DNA from: Abditibacterium sp.
GTDB taxonomy: Bacteria > Armatimonadota > Abditibacteriia > Abditibacteriales > Abditibacteriaceae
Direction of reading: 5' to 3'
Length of the DNA stretch: 64,000 nt
Assembly: GCA_965199495.1 (NCBI GenBank)
Contig: CBDASK010000003.1
Coordinates: 192,001-256,000, forward strand
The number at the start of each line of letters is the position of its first letter. Position 1 is the stretch's first letter. Shown here piece after piece: positions 19,855-29,526 of this stretch. The notes beneath the pieces were generated by a model. That model was not told the origin of the DNA. It saw only the letters and a list, made by a program, of their open reading frames with translations, and did not search any database. A program made the position numbers and the translations under genes.

Positions 19855-20383
19855 AGAGAGTTACATCCTTGAGTGGGCGAGGAATCGCCAATTGGTCCAC
19901 TGAGATACCGCGTCGCGCGGCCACGTCGGTGGCTTTTTGCATTTGTTTCAGACCGTCCAAGACGGCGTAAACGTTGTTGATCGGGTTGTTGCTGCCCATC
20001 ACTTTGGTCAAAACGTCGGTGATGCCAGCCGCTTCCAATACGGCGCGCGCCGCAGGCCCGGCGATAACGCCGGTTCCGGGCGAGGCCGGTTTCAGCATCA
20101 CGCGCGCGCTGCCGTTGCGCCCGATGACTTGGTGCGGCACGGTCGTGTGAATGATCGGGACTTCGATCAGGTTCTTGGCGGCGTTTTCCGATCCTTTGCG
20201 AATCGAATCGGGCACCGAGGCAGATTTGCCCATGCCGACGCCGACGTGACCGTTGCCGTCTCCGACAACCATCAGCGACGAGAACCGACGCTTGCGTCCG
20301 CCTTTCACGGTTTTGGAAACCGGCTTCAGTTGGACGACTTTTTCGATCTTCAGATAATCTGGATCAACTTGAACTCTGGGCAT
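19706..20383 (-). CDS. rpsE: 30S ribosomal protein S5 with C-terminal tail overlapping rpmD
   Basis: [21 protein letters not shown]; first in-frame stop at 19706. Confidence 0.95.
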   Translation of the reverse strand: MPRVQVDPDYLKIEKVVQLKPVSKTVKGGRKRRFSSLMVVGDGNGHVGVGMGKSASVPDSIRKGSENAAKNLIEVPIIHTTVPHQVIGRNGSARVMLKPASPGTGVIAGPAARAVLEAAGITDVLTKVMGSNNPINNVYAVLDGLKQMQKATDVAARRGISVDQLAIPRPLKDVTLYEPRQPKIDIDYQSDVDEKSNRNSQRSKGDRGGPGSAQNGRGRRAPRQR

Positions 20384-20458
20384 GATTTTTTGGTGTTTGG
20401 ATTAGTTTGAGTTCGCGGCTTTTGCGTCCGCAAGTGCGTAATCGGCGCACTCCATTTG

Positions 20459-20574
20459 TGTTGGTGGACGTGGCTGGTGGGTTTGCGCGGCAAACCCCTA
20501 CATCGGCCTCAACGTAACGGCGTATGTAGGGGCTTGCCGCGCAAGCCCGATACCAGCCACGTCCACGACCAACA
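20459..20574. repeat. GTAG-REP doublet, family 2, tags facing inward, with outer CAGCCACG-containing arms
   Basis: GGGTTTGCGCGGCAAACCCCTAC .. GTAGGGGCTTGCCGCGCAAGCCC inside GTGGACGTGGCTGGT/ACCAGCCACGTCCAC. Confidence 0.9.
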
Positions 20575-20943
20575 TTAGAATTCCAATCCGCCTTCGCGGG
20601 CAGCGTCGGCGAATTCTTTGACGACGCCGTGATACAACACGCCGTTGCGGTCGAAGACGACGCTTTCGACGCCCGCCGATTTGGCGCGCTCGGCGATGAT
20701 TTTGCCGACGACGATGGCGGCGGCGGCGCTACCTTTGCCGCCTTCGACCTGGCTGGCGATGTCGCTTTGCACCGTCGAGGCGGAGGCGAGCGTCTTACCA
20801 GCCACGTCGTCGATGATCTGGGCGTGAATGTGGGCCAAAGTGCGATTGACGCACAGGCGCGGGCGCGCGGCGGTGCCTTTGACTTTGGCGCGCAAGCGCA
20901 GATGACGGCGCTTGCGTAAAATTGCGGGGGTTCGTTTTGACAT
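20575..20943 (-). CDS. rplR: 50S ribosomal protein L18
   Basis: [23 protein letters not shown]. Confidence 0.98.
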   Translation of the reverse strand: MSKRTPAILRKRRHLRLRAKVKGTAARPRLCVNRTLAHIHAQIIDDVAGKTLASASTVQSDIASQVEGGKGSAAAAIVVGKIIAERAKSAGVESVVFDRNGVLYHGVVKEFADAAREGGLEF

Positions 20944-21064
20944 GATTGCTTGTGAGCCTGAAGTTGGGGCAGGGACACCGATTACCGACCGGTGACCGCC
21001 GCTTCCAAGTCCAAAGCGATTTGGTTTAGCTATTCTGGATTCTAATTGCCGACACGGTGTCAGC

Positions 21065-21286
21065 TTACAACTTTTTGCGGGGACGAATGATTCCGACCAT
21101 AGTTACACACGCAATGGATACGACAGTCGCCTCAGAAAAAAACTTTATCCAGTTAACAGCAGTTGGGGAAAAGACCGGAGAGAAAAGTAAAGGAGTAAGC
21201 CAATCTACAACGGTTACTCCTAAAACTATCACGAGCGGAAGCGCGAGTATTTGCCACCAGACAATGCCAGAATCTTGATTTTTCAT
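21065..21286 (-). CDS. small two-TM hypothetical protein inserted between rplF and rplR
   Basis: 73 aa, two hydrophobic stretches, AT-rich relative to its flanks, co-oriented. Confidence 0.6.
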   Translation of the reverse strand: MKNQDSGIVWWQILALPLVIVLGVTVVDWLTPLLFSPVFSPTAVNWIKFFSEATVVSIACVTMVGIIRPRKKL

Positions 21287-21303
21287 TGGTTAACCTATGA
21301 AAT

Positions 21304-21332
21304 ATGCTACCACTGAACTGATGTAAATACAA
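21304..21332 (-). promoter_or_regulatory. putative internal sigma70-type promoter
   Basis: TTGTAT-17nt-TAGCAT with TG extension, immediately after the rplF stop. Confidence 0.45.
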
Positions 21333-21911
21333 CTATTTCTTCTTCTTTTCGGCTTGTTTACCGACTTTACGCACGACGCGTTCGCCTTTGTAGCGCAGAC
21401 CTTTGCCTTTATACGGCTCGACGGGGCGGCGACCTTTGACGTCCGCCGCGAAATCGCCCAGGGCTTGTTTGTCCCACGATTGCAGCGTGATGGTCGCGGC
21501 CAACAGGCCGTTTTCCTGCGTCGGCGTCGAGGGCGTGACCGCCGCCGTGATCTCTTTGGGCAAAGCCAAATCGACCGGATGCGAATAGCCCAGCGCCAGT
21601 TTCAGCGTTTGGCCGGCGACTTCGGCGCGATAACCGACGCCGCGCAGTTCGAGGACTTTGGTAAAGCCTTCGCTCACGCCGGTGACGGCGTTGTTGAGCA
21701 AAGCGCGCGTCAGGCCATGACGCGAGCGGTCTTCTTTGTTATCCGAGGGACGCGTGATGGTCATCACGCCGTCGTTTAATTCGACTTCAAAGTTGTGCGG
21801 AACCGGCGCGGTGACGGTGCCCTTGGGGCCTTTCACCGTCGCTGTTCCGTCTTTGACGTCAATATTCACACCGCTCGGCACGGTGATAGGGGATCGTCCA
21901 ATTCGTGACAT
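21333..21911 (-). CDS. rplF: 50S ribosomal protein L6
   Basis: MSRIGR, GVGYRA, EPYKGKG. Confidence 0.98.
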   Translation of the reverse strand: MSRIGRSPITVPSGVNIDVKDGTATVKGPKGTVTAPVPHNFEVELNDGVMTITRPSDNKEDRSRHGLTRALLNNAVTGVSEGFTKVLELRGVGYRAEVAGQTLKLALGYSHPVDLALPKEITAAVTPSTPTQENGLLAATITLQSWDKQALGDFAADVKGRRPVEPYKGKGLRYKGERVVRKVGKQAEKKKK

Positions 21912-21957
21912 TTGCTTGTTTACTCCTTTAGGTTTGGTGTTGTTCGTCGGCGTGGCT

Positions 21958-22088
21958 GCAATTGCTGCGCAACGAAATGTAGGGGCGGGGTTCCCCCGCC
22001 CAAATGTAACGCCGTCATCAACGTTTCAGAGAGCCGACGTTTTGGGCGGGGGAACCCCGCCCCTACATTTCGTTGCGCAGCAATTGCA
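21958..22088. repeat. GTAG-REP doublet, family 1
   Basis: GTAGGGGCGGGGTTCCCCCGCCC pair with outer arms TGCAATTGCTGCGCAACGAAAT. Confidence 0.95.
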
Positions 22089-22092
22089 CACC

Positions 22093-22485
22093 TTAATACA
22101 CCTTCGCCATCAGTTCGCCGCCGACGCCCGCTTTGCGGGCGTTTTGGCCGGTCAGCACGCCGCGCGGGGTGGACAAAATGGTGATGCCCAATCCGCCCAG
22201 CACGCGGGGAATGTCGGCTTTACCAACATAAACGCGACGACCTGGGGTCGAAACGCGGTCGATTTTTTGGATGACGCGGTCGCGGTCGTTGTAACGCAGC
22301 GTGACGGTGATGAGACCTTGTTTGGTGTCTTCCTGCGTGGAGTAATCGGCGATATAGCCCTCTTCTTTGAGGATGCGCGCGATTTCGATCTTCAGTTTTG
22401 ATGACGGCATGGTTACATCCACTTTCTTCGCTTTGTTCGCGTTGCGGATGCCCGTCAGAAAGTCCGCGATGGGATCTGTCTGCAT
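22093..22485 (-). CDS. rpsH: 30S ribosomal protein S8
   Basis: TDPIADFLT, STPGRRVY, GGEL. Confidence 0.98.
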   Translation of the reverse strand: MQTDPIADFLTGIRNANKAKKVDVTMPSSKLKIEIARILKEEGYIADYSTQEDTKQGLITVTLRYNDRDRVIQKIDRVSTPGRRVYVGKADIPRVLGGLGITILSTPRGVLTGQNARKAGVGGELMAKVY

Positions 22486-22543
22486 AGTGTTCCTCTACTT
22501 GATATCCCGACTCGTAGAAGTTGGGGAAATTTTCTTGGTTGAA

Positions 22544-22675
22544 TGTTCGTCCGTAGGTTTCACCTACGGCAGAAGGCGGCTTTGCCGCCGAACGTGCTTC
22601 GCACTTGATTTTGCTGAGTGCGAAGCACGTCCAGCGCTTGCGCCATCTGCCGTAGGTGAAACCTACGGACGAACA
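22544..22675. repeat. palindromic element, CCGTAGGTTTCACCTACGG family
   Basis: TGTTCGTCCGTAGGTTTCACCTACGGCAGA arms plus inner hairpin CGTGCTTCGCACT/AGTGCGAAGCACG. Confidence 0.9.
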
Positions 22676-22686
22676 AAAGTTCGGTT

Positions 22687-22881
22687 CTACCAGGAGCTTT
22701 TGGTGACGCCGGGGATTAACCCTTTGTGCGCCATGCCGCGAAAACAGATGCGGCACACGCCGAACGCGCGCATATAGCCACGCGGGCGACCGCACAACTG
22801 GCAACGGTTCTTCTGGCGCGCCTGGAACTTGGGGTTGGCGTTCTGGCGCTCGGTTTTGACGACTTTTCCTTTTTTAGCCAT
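22687..22881 (-). CDS. rpsZ: 30S ribosomal protein S14, Zn-binding (type Z)
   Basis: 64 aa, [12 protein letters not shown], ends KSSW. Confidence 0.97.
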   Translation of the reverse strand: MAKKGKVVKTERQNANPKFQARQKNRCQLCGRPRGYMRAFGVCRICFRGMAHKGLIPGVTKSSW

Positions 22882-22911
22882 GATGGTTTGTTGGTTTTGA
22901 TTAACGGTTGC

Positions 22912-23047
22912 CGGGCGGCGTGGCTGCATAAATCGTAGGGGCGGGGTTCCCCCGCCCAAACATAACGCCGCCATTCACGTTTCGGCGATGCCGACGTTTT
23001 GGGCGGGGGAACCCCGCCCCTACGATTTATGCAGCCACGCCGCCCGA
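22912..23047. repeat. GTAG-REP doublet, family 1
   Basis: REP pair with outer arms CGGGCGGCGTGGCTGCATAAATC. Confidence 0.95.
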
Positions 23048-23050
23048 CTT

Positions 23051-23620
23051 CTACTGCACTTGTTCCACGCCTTCGCCGCGTTTGCGCATCGGCAAACCCA
23101 GCTCGCGCAGCAAGAATCTCGCTTCTTCGTCGGTCGCGGCGCTCGTCACGAAGGTGATGTCCATGCCGCGCACTTTGCCGATGGTGTCCTGATTGATCTC
23201 CGGGAAGATGATCTGTTCCTTGACGCCGAAGGTGTAGTTGCCGCGCCCGTCGAACGAGCGGTCGGGGATGCCCTGAAAATCGCGGATGCGCGGCAAAGCC
23301 GCGTGAATCAGACGATACATGAACTCCCACATCCGGTCGCCGCGCAGCGTGACCATACAACCGACGGGCATGCCCTCGCGCAACTTGAAGTTGGCGATGC
23401 TCTTGCGAGCGCGACGAATCGCGGGTTTTTGTCCGGTAATCAAAGCCAATTCAGCCGCAGCGGCGTCCATCAGCTTGGAGTCTTCTTTGGCGTCGCCCAC
23501 GCCCATGTTGACCACGATCTTTTGCAGTCTGGGCAACTGCATCGCGTTGTCAAAGGAGAATTGCTTTTGCAAATTCGCCTTCACCTGCGAGTCGTAGCGT
23601 TCTTTTAAAATTGGTGTCAT
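23051..23620 (-). CDS. rplE: 50S ribosomal protein L5
   Basis: [23 protein letters not shown]. Confidence 0.98.
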   Translation of the reverse strand: MTPILKERYDSQVKANLQKQFSFDNAMQLPRLQKIVVNMGVGDAKEDSKLMDAAAAELALITGQKPAIRRARKSIANFKLREGMPVGCMVTLRGDRMWEFMYRLIHAALPRIRDFQGIPDRSFDGRGNYTFGVKEQIIFPEINQDTIGKVRGMDITFVTSAATDEEARFLLRELGLPMRKRGEGVEQVQ

Positions 23621-23660
23621 CTTGTTGGATGTCGCACGGTTTCCGAGCGTGCGAAATTTG

Positions 23661-24050
23661 TTATTTCTTTTTCTTGAGTTGCTTAAACTTTATGCGAGTA
23701 ACGTCTTTCGTCGGAATGCTTGAAGTGATGAACGCGGATTGTTCTTTTCCTGCGGACATCCATCGTTTGAGATTTCTAACCTCAATCGTGGAATCTGTCA
23801 CTTTGTAAAGAGTTCCCTTGTAAGTCATTTTCACAGGCTTCTCGCTGGGCAATTTTGCGCCACCAAGACTTGTGTATGTGTAATCTCTGGATTCAAAGAC
23901 AGTGCAATCCATTCCGACTTTTTTGCTCCATTCAGCAACTCTCGAATCTTTGGGGGCTTCCAACGTGGCTGCATCTTGAGAGTGAACGACTTGGGAAAAT
24001 GCGGGCACGGCAAGCGCGCCAGCTAAAATTACGACTTTGGTAAATTTCAT
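23661..24050 (-). CDS. secreted hypothetical protein inserted between rplX and rplE
   Basis: 129 aa, signal peptide, SD AAGGAGA, lower GC than its flanks. Confidence 0.75.
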   Translation of the reverse strand: MKFTKVVILAGALAVPAFSQVVHSQDAATLEAPKDSRVAEWSKKVGMDCTVFESRDYTYTSLGGAKLPSEKPVKMTYKGTLYKVTDSTIEVRNLKRWMSAGKEQSAFITSSIPTKDVTRIKFKQLKKKK

Positions 24051-24114
24051 GGTTTTCTCCTTTTCTTTCGCTAAACGCAGACTTCTCGATCTGCAACCCG
24101 CAGTTTAACTTCCC

Positions 24115-24486
24115 CTACTCTGCGACGATAATTTCGCCGCTTTTGACGCTGGCGCGTTGGCTTTTACCGTCGCCATCTTTGACGCGTTTCACCCTCGTCG
24201 GCGCGCCGGTTTTGGGATCGAGCAACATCACGTTGCTGGCATCAATCGGCATCGGTTTTTCGACGATGCCTTCGGTTTGCCCGCCCTGTTGCTGGGCGCG
24301 TTTGTTGGGCGTGTCCTTCATCACGTTGACGCCTTCGACGGTGATTTTACCGGTAATGCGGTTCACGTCGAGCACGGTTTTGGGCGTCTTGCGGTCGCGG
24401 CTTTTGCCGGCGATCACGACGACTTTATCGCCGGTGCGGATGTGCATCTTTTGGGGACGCGCTTTGGCTTGAGTTTTGGCTTTCAT
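24115..24486 (-). CDS. rplX: 50S ribosomal protein L24
   Basis: [22 protein letters not shown]. Confidence 0.97.
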   Translation of the reverse strand: MKAKTQAKARPQKMHIRTGDKVVVIAGKSRDRKTPKTVLDVNRITGKITVEGVNVMKDTPNKRAQQQGGQTEGIVEKPMPIDASNVMLLDPKTGAPTRVKRVKDGDGKSQRASVKSGEIIVAE

Positions 24487-24487
24487 G

Positions 24488-24856
24488 TTACAACACCTCC
24501 GGCGCGAGCGAGACGATCTTCATAAAGCCTTTGTCGCGCAGTTCGCGGGCGACCGGGCCAAAGATGCGCGTGCCGCGTGGGTTGCCCTCGGCGTTGACGA
24601 TAACGCAGGCGTTATCATCGAACTTGATGTGGCTGCCATCCTGGCGGCGCACGCCATCAACGGTGCGCACGATGACGGCGGTCACCACATCGTGAGTTTT
24701 GACCGGCGCGCCGGGAATGGCGTCTTTGACGGCGCACTTAATCAAGTCGCCGACATTGCCGGTTTTGGCGTTGGAGCCTTTCATCACACGGATGCACAAC
24801 AGTTCGCGCGCACCCGAATTATCAGCGGCTCGCAGCCGCGTTTCTGTCTGGATCAT
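24488..24856 (-). CDS. rplN: 50S ribosomal protein L14
   Basis: [25 protein letters not shown]. Confidence 0.98.
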   Translation of the reverse strand: MIQTETRLRAADNSGARELLCIRVMKGSNAKTGNVGDLIKCAVKDAIPGAPVKTHDVVTAVIVRTVDGVRRQDGSHIKFDDNACVIVNAEGNPRGTRIFGPVARELRDKGFMKIVSLAPEVL

Positions 24857-24900
24857 AATGTCACCTCTTCCTTCGCCCGATGTCGAGCGTGGTTAAGACG

Positions 24901-25112
24901 TTTTTATTTCACACAAAGAAACAAAGGGGGCACAAAGGAGTTTGTAGAGATTAACTCTCTATCGCTCGATTTTTATGTTTGTTCTTCTTTGGTTTAGATT
25001 TCGACAACCCAACCTGAAAAGAACAACTTTAATTTATCTACACTTTCAGAGTTCTCTTTGAACTCCTTTGTGCCCCTTTGTGCGATCTTTGCTTCTTTGT
25101 GTGAAATAAAAA
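24901..25112. repeat. palindromic element, CACAAAG family
   Basis: TTTTTATTTCACACAAAGAA..CACAAAGGAG arms around an AT-rich core. Confidence 0.9.
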
Positions 25113-25114
25113 CC

Positions 25115-25378
25115 CTATTTCGCCCGCTCCACGAGTTCCAACACGCGCCAGCATTTATCTTTGCTGATGGGCCGCGTTTCCATGATTCGCACGCGGTCGC
25201 CCACGTTGAATTCGTTTTTCTCGTCGTGCGCTTTGAAGCGTTTGGTCACGCGCTGCACGCGGCCATAAAGCGGGTGACGCTTCAGCCGCTCCACAGCCAC
25301 GACGACGGTCTTGTCCATTTTGTCCGACACGACCAAACCTTCGCGCACTTTGCGTGCGCTGCGTTCTTGTGTTTCCAT
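25115..25378 (-). CDS. rpsQ: 30S ribosomal protein S17
   Basis: [21 protein letters not shown]. Confidence 0.98.
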   Translation of the reverse strand: METQERSARKVREGLVVSDKMDKTVVVAVERLKRHPLYGRVQRVTKRFKAHDEKNEFNVGDRVRIMETRPISKDKCWRVLELVERAK

Positions 25379-25385
25379 AATCGTT

Positions 25386-25643
25386 TTAGGCCACCGCCTC
25401 GGTTTTGCGACGCGCGTTTAATTCGGTCTGCACGCGCGCAATTAATTTGCGGACGTGACGAATGCGCATCGGATTGGGCAACTGTTGCACAATGCTCTGG
25501 GTGCGCAGGTTGAAGAGTTCCATTTCGCAATCCTTCAACACTTCGCGGAGTTCGCTTTCGTCGGCGCCATGAATGCGCGTGCGCAAATCGTGGGTTTTGA
25601 CTTTGGCGTTGCCGCTCGAAATATAATTATTCAGATCCGCCAC
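25386..25643 (-). CDS. rpmC: 50S ribosomal protein L29
   Basis: [23 protein letters not shown]; position in operon; 17-nt overlap with rplP. Confidence 0.93.
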   Translation of the reverse strand: MADLNNYISSGNAKVKTHDLRTRIHGADESELREVLKDCEMELFNLRTQSIVQQLPNPMRIRHVRKLIARVQTELNARRKTEAVA

Positions 25644-26064
25644 TGCTTGTCACATCCTCTTCGCGCCGAATGAATTTGGTTTTCATCGGCAATTTCATGC
25701 GGGCGCGTCGCATCGCTTCTTCGGCGGTGGTTGCATCTACGCCCGACATCTCAAACAAAATACGGCCCGGTTTCACAACCGCGACCCAGAACTCAACCGA
25801 GCCTTTGCCCGAACCCATGCGGGTTTCGGCGGGCTTCTGCGTCACCGGTTTATCGGGGAACACGCGAATCCACAACTGACCGCCACGCTTGACGTAACCG
25901 CGAATCGCACGACGCGCGCTTTCGATCTGGCGCGAAGTAATCCAACCGGCTTCGGTGGCCTGAATCGCGTAATCGCCAAAAGCGATATAGTTTCCGCGCG
26001 TTGCCGGGCCGCCTCTGCGTCCCCGGTGCTGACGGCGATATTTAACGTTCTTAGGCATCAACAT
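25627..26064 (-). CDS. rplP: 50S ribosomal protein L16
   Basis: MLMPK, RVFPDKP, RMGSGKG. Confidence 0.98.
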   Translation of the reverse strand: MLMPKNVKYRRQHRGRRGGPATRGNYIAFGDYAIQATEAGWITSRQIESARRAIRGYVKRGGQLWIRVFPDKPVTQKPAETRMGSGKGSVEFWVAVVKPGRILFEMSGVDATTAEEAMRRARMKLPMKTKFIRREEDVTSSGGSE

Positions 26065-26103
26065 GATACATCAACTCCTTTATTATTGTTTGTTGTCCCA
26101 CAA

Positions 26104-26230
26104 TTCGTCGCAACCCCATGTAGGGGCGGGGTTCCCCCGCCCAAAACTTCGCATTCACGCAGTTGGCGGTTTTACCAATCGGCGTTCGCCAACTGGGCGG
26201 GGTTCCCCCGCCCCTACATATTGCGACGAA
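26104..26230. repeat. GTAG-REP doublet, family 1
   Basis: REP pair, outer arms TTCGTCGCAA/TTGCGACGAA. Confidence 0.92.
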
Positions 26231-26243
26231 CTATGGAAATCAA

Positions 26244-27098
26244 CTAATCCCGACGAGGCCGACGATCTCCGCCGCCCCGATTGTCCCCGCCGCGATTGTC
26301 CCCGCCGCGATTGTCGCCGCCGCGATTGTCGCCGCCGCGATTATCGCCATCACGGCGCGGGCGACGATCACGATCATCGCGGTCGCGTCCGCCGCCGCGT
26401 TGGCGCGACAGAGCCGCGACTGGCGATTCCATATCGCCGATAATGTCGCCCCGGTAAATCCAGCATTTGATGCCGACGTTACCATAAGTCGTCGCCGCTT
26501 CGGCGGTGCCGTAATCAATATCGGCGCGCAAGGTGTGAAGCGGCACTTTGCCGTCGCGCACTTGCTCGTGACGCGCGATTTCGGCGCCGCCCAGTCGGCC
26601 CGAAGCCAACAGGCGACAGCCCAGCGCGCCATCTTTCATCACGCGTTGCAGCGTCATGCGCATGGCGCGGCGGAAAGCGATACGACGCTCGATCTGCTGC
26701 GCGATGCTTTCGGCGACCAATTGCGCGTCCAAGTTGGGCGCGCGCACTTCTTCGACCGTAACGCGCACGTCTTTCTTGGTCAAACGCTGCAAAGCCTTCT
26801 GCAAACGCTCGATGTCGGCGCCGCGCTGGCCGATGACAACGCCCGGTTTGGCGGTGTGCAACTTGATCGTCACACGATTGGCCTGACGCTCGATTTCGAT
26901 TTTGGACAGAGCCGGATCGTTAAAGCGGTCGCGCGAGCCGGGGCGAACCGGCTTGTTCTTGAGGAATTTCCGAATGAAGCGACGAACTTTCTCGTCCTCA
27001 ATCAGAAATTCGACGTAATTGTCTTTGGAATACCAACGGCTCTGCCACGGGCGAATAATGCCCAGTCGCAAACCGTAAGGATGAATCTTTTGTCCCAT
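26244..27098 (-). CDS. rpsC: 30S ribosomal protein S3 with (DNRGG)5 tail
   Basis: MGQKIHP, GRLGGAEIAR, PLHTLRADIDY. Confidence 0.98.
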   Translation of the reverse strand: MGQKIHPYGLRLGIIRPWQSRWYSKDNYVEFLIEDEKVRRFIRKFLKNKPVRPGSRDRFNDPALSKIEIERQANRVTIKLHTAKPGVVIGQRGADIERLQKALQRLTKKDVRVTVEEVRAPNLDAQLVAESIAQQIERRIAFRRAMRMTLQRVMKDGALGCRLLASGRLGGAEIARHEQVRDGKVPLHTLRADIDYGTAEAATTYGNVGIKCWIYRGDIIGDMESPVAALSRQRGGGRDRDDRDRRPRRDGDNRGGDNRGGDNRGGDNRGGDNRGGGDRRPRRD

Positions 27099-27106
27099 AG
27101 TCTGTT

Positions 27107-27217
<111 letters not shown>

Positions 27218-27550
27218 CTAAATCTTCTCCTCGACCACAACGGTGATGTGGCTCATGCGTTTGCGGATCACGTCGGCGCGGCCACGGCTGCGCGGTAGGA
27301 AGCGGCGCAACGATTTGCCTTTGTCAATCATGATCGTTTTGACGATCAACGCTTCTTCGTCGGCGCCTTCGTTGTTGACGGCATTGGCTGCCGCCGACTT
27401 GATGACTTTCGACAGAATCGGTGACACGATGTGAGGATCGAACGCCAGAATGTTGGTCGCGTCCTCGACGGTTTTGCCTTTGACCAAGTTCGCCACGCGG
27501 CGGACTTTCATCGGGGTCATGCGCAGGTCTCGTAAAATTGCTTTTGCCAT
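27218..27550 (-). CDS. rplV: 50S ribosomal protein L22
   Basis: KVRRVANLVKG, SAAANA, SHITVVV. Confidence 0.97.
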   Translation of the reverse strand: MAKAILRDLRMTPMKVRRVANLVKGKTVEDATNILAFDPHIVSPILSKVIKSAAANAVNNEGADEEALIVKTIMIDKGKSLRRFLPRSRGRADVIRKRMSHITVVVEEKI

Positions 27551-27828
27551 TATCGTTTCGCCTTTTCGGTTTTTCCGCCGTGACGCTTGAACGTGCGCGT
27601 CAAAACGAACTCGCCGAACTTGTGGCCGACCATGTTTTCCTGAACGAACACGGGAACGTGTTTGCGTCCATCATGAATCGCGATGGTATGGCCAATCATT
27701 TCGGGGAAGATGGTGCTGCGGCGGCTCCAAGATTTGATGATCTTCTTTTCGCCCGCGTCATTCATCTTCGTTATTTTCTTCATCAGGGAATCGTCTACAA
27801 ACGGCCCTTTTTTCAGTGAACGTGACAT
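27550..27828 (-). CDS. rpsS: 30S ribosomal protein S19
   Basis: [24 protein letters not shown]. Confidence 0.98.
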   Translation of the reverse strand: MSRSLKKGPFVDDSLMKKITKMNDAGEKKIIKSWSRRSTIFPEMIGHTIAIHDGRKHVPVFVQENMVGHKFGEFVLTRTFKRHGGKTEKAKR

Positions 27829-27850
27829 TGTAAGTTGGTTGTGGAATCGC

Positions 27851-27958
27851 ACCCGTAGGGGCTTGCCGCGCAAGCCCTTTTCATGCGGCTGCAACGTCGA
27901 ATTCGCGCCATATTTCGGCGGCTCTAACGTTGGGCTTGCGCGGCAAGCCCCTACGGGT
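27851..27958. repeat. GTAG-REP doublet, family 2, tags facing outward
   Basis: ACCCGTAGGGGCTTGCCGCGCAAGCCC ... GGGCTTGCGCGGCAAGCCCCTACGGGT. Confidence 0.95.
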
Positions 27959-27969
27959 TCAGGCGAATC

Positions 27970-28809
27970 CTACCGTTTCCCCCTCTTGCGAATAATCATC
28001 TTATCGCTGGGTTTGTTCTTCTTGCGGGTCTTGAAACCAATCGCCGGAACGCCCGTCGCCGAGACCGGGCCGCTCTTGCGACGACCAATCGAGGCGCGGC
28101 CTTCGCCGCCGCCGTGCGGGTGATCGTTGGGGTTCATCGCCTTGCCGCGAACGTGCGGCGTGATGCCCTTATGACGCTTGCGGCCCGCGTTGCCCCACAC
28201 CATCGATTCCCATTCGCTGTTGCCGACTTCGCCAATCGTGGCGCGGCAGTTCAATTGAACCAAACGGGTTTCGCGCGAGGGCAGCAAAACGAGGGCGAAC
28301 TTGCCTTCTTTGGCCTGCAACACAACTGAGGTGCCCGCCGAGCGCGCCATCTGCGCGCCTCTGCCGGGCTGCAACTCGACGTTGTGGATGCGCGTGCCAA
28401 CGGGAATGTTGCGCAGCGGCATCGCGTTGCCGATGCGAATATCGGCTTCGGCGCCGTCCATGATTTTGTCGCCAACGTTGAGATTGGCGGGGCGCACGAT
28501 ATAACGCTTGCTGCCGTCTTCGTTTTGGATCAGCGCGATGTGAGCCGAACGATTGGGATCGTATTCGAGCGCGATGACTTCGCCGCGCACACCGTCGGTG
28601 CGACGCTTGAAATCAATGATGCGATAGAGCGTTTTGTGCCCGCCGCCTTTGTTGCGGGCGGTCATGCGGCCCTGATTGTTGCGACCCGCCGTCTTGGGAA
28701 GCGGCGTCGTCAGCGACTTTTCCGGGCGCTTATCGGACAAATCGGGGTTCTTAACCACCGTCATTGTCCGACGCGCCGGGGAAGTCGGATTGTAACTTTT
28801 AATTGCCAT
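27970..28809 (-). CDS. rplB: 50S ribosomal protein L2
   Basis: [27 protein letters not shown]. Confidence 0.99.
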   Translation of the reverse strand: MAIKSYNPTSPARRTMTVVKNPDLSDKRPEKSLTTPLPKTAGRNNQGRMTARNKGGGHKTLYRIIDFKRRTDGVRGEVIALEYDPNRSAHIALIQNEDGSKRYIVRPANLNVGDKIMDGAEADIRIGNAMPLRNIPVGTRIHNVELQPGRGAQMARSAGTSVVLQAKEGKFALVLLPSRETRLVQLNCRATIGEVGNSEWESMVWGNAGRKRHKGITPHVRGKAMNPNDHPHGGGEGRASIGRRKSGPVSATGVPAIGFKTRKKNKPSDKMIIRKRGKR

Positions 28810-28830
28810 GATGAAAGGTTTGTTTTTTGG

Positions 28831-29184
28831 TTAGTTGACTTTCTCAAGCTCTTTGGGAGTATTTTCAACCCATTCGCCTGCATTAACCTGCACCCAGAAT
28901 CGGCCAGTCGCAGTATCAAAGATGTAACGGCTACTGCGGCTGGAATCGATTACCAATTGATAACGTCCGAATTGGTTAAAATTGGAGTCGGAAAATGTTC
29001 GTGGAGCAGAAAACGCTGGCCCTGAATATCCGCCTCCCATAAATTCACCTCTGCCTGATGCCCCAAATCCTCCGGGGAGAGGAGAACTTGGCGTTGTCTG
29101 GGCAAATACTTTGTTCGCAACAACGCCAAGAACGGGAGCAATTAGCAAAGCTCCAACAACGTAGATTTTGATTGACTGTTTCAT
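28831..29184 (-). CDS. secreted/membrane hypothetical protein inserted between rplW and rplB
   Basis: 117 aa, signal-like N-terminus, SD AGGAG, YIFDTATGRFW, lower GC. Confidence 0.75.
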   Translation of the reverse strand: MKQSIKIYVVGALLIAPVLGVVANKVFAQTTPSSPLPGGFGASGRGEFMGGGYSGPAFSAPRTFSDSNFNQFGRYQLVIDSSRSSRYIFDTATGRFWVQVNAGEWVENTPKELEKVN

Positions 29185-29220
29185 GAGAAATCTCCTAACC
29201 AAAAACTTGAGGACATCTCC

Positions 29221-29526
29221 TTATGCGCCCTCGAATATCTCTTTGAGACGGCCATCGTTTTCGCCGGGGGCGAGCGTGACCATCGCTTTTTTGTAATCCG
29301 GAACTTTGCCGGGGCGACCTTTGCCGACCTGTTTGTGTTTACCCTTGATGATCAAGGTATTGACCGTGGCCACCTTGACGCCGAAGGCTTCCTGAATCGC
29401 GTCTTTGATCTCGATTTTGTTCGCTGCCGTGCTGCACTTGAAGGTGTAGCGGTCGTTCATCGAAGCTTTCACGCTCTTTTCGGTGATAATCGGACGCTCG
29501 ATGATTTGATGTAAAGGCTTTTTCAT
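29221..29526 (-). CDS. rplW: 50S ribosomal protein L23
   Basis: PIITEKS, ANKIEIK, KKAMVTL. Confidence 0.97.
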   Translation of the reverse strand: MKKPLHQIIERPIITEKSVKASMNDRYTFKCSTAANKIEIKDAIQEAFGVKVATVNTLIIKGKHKQVGKGRPGKVPDYKKAMVTLAPGENDGRLKEIFEGA

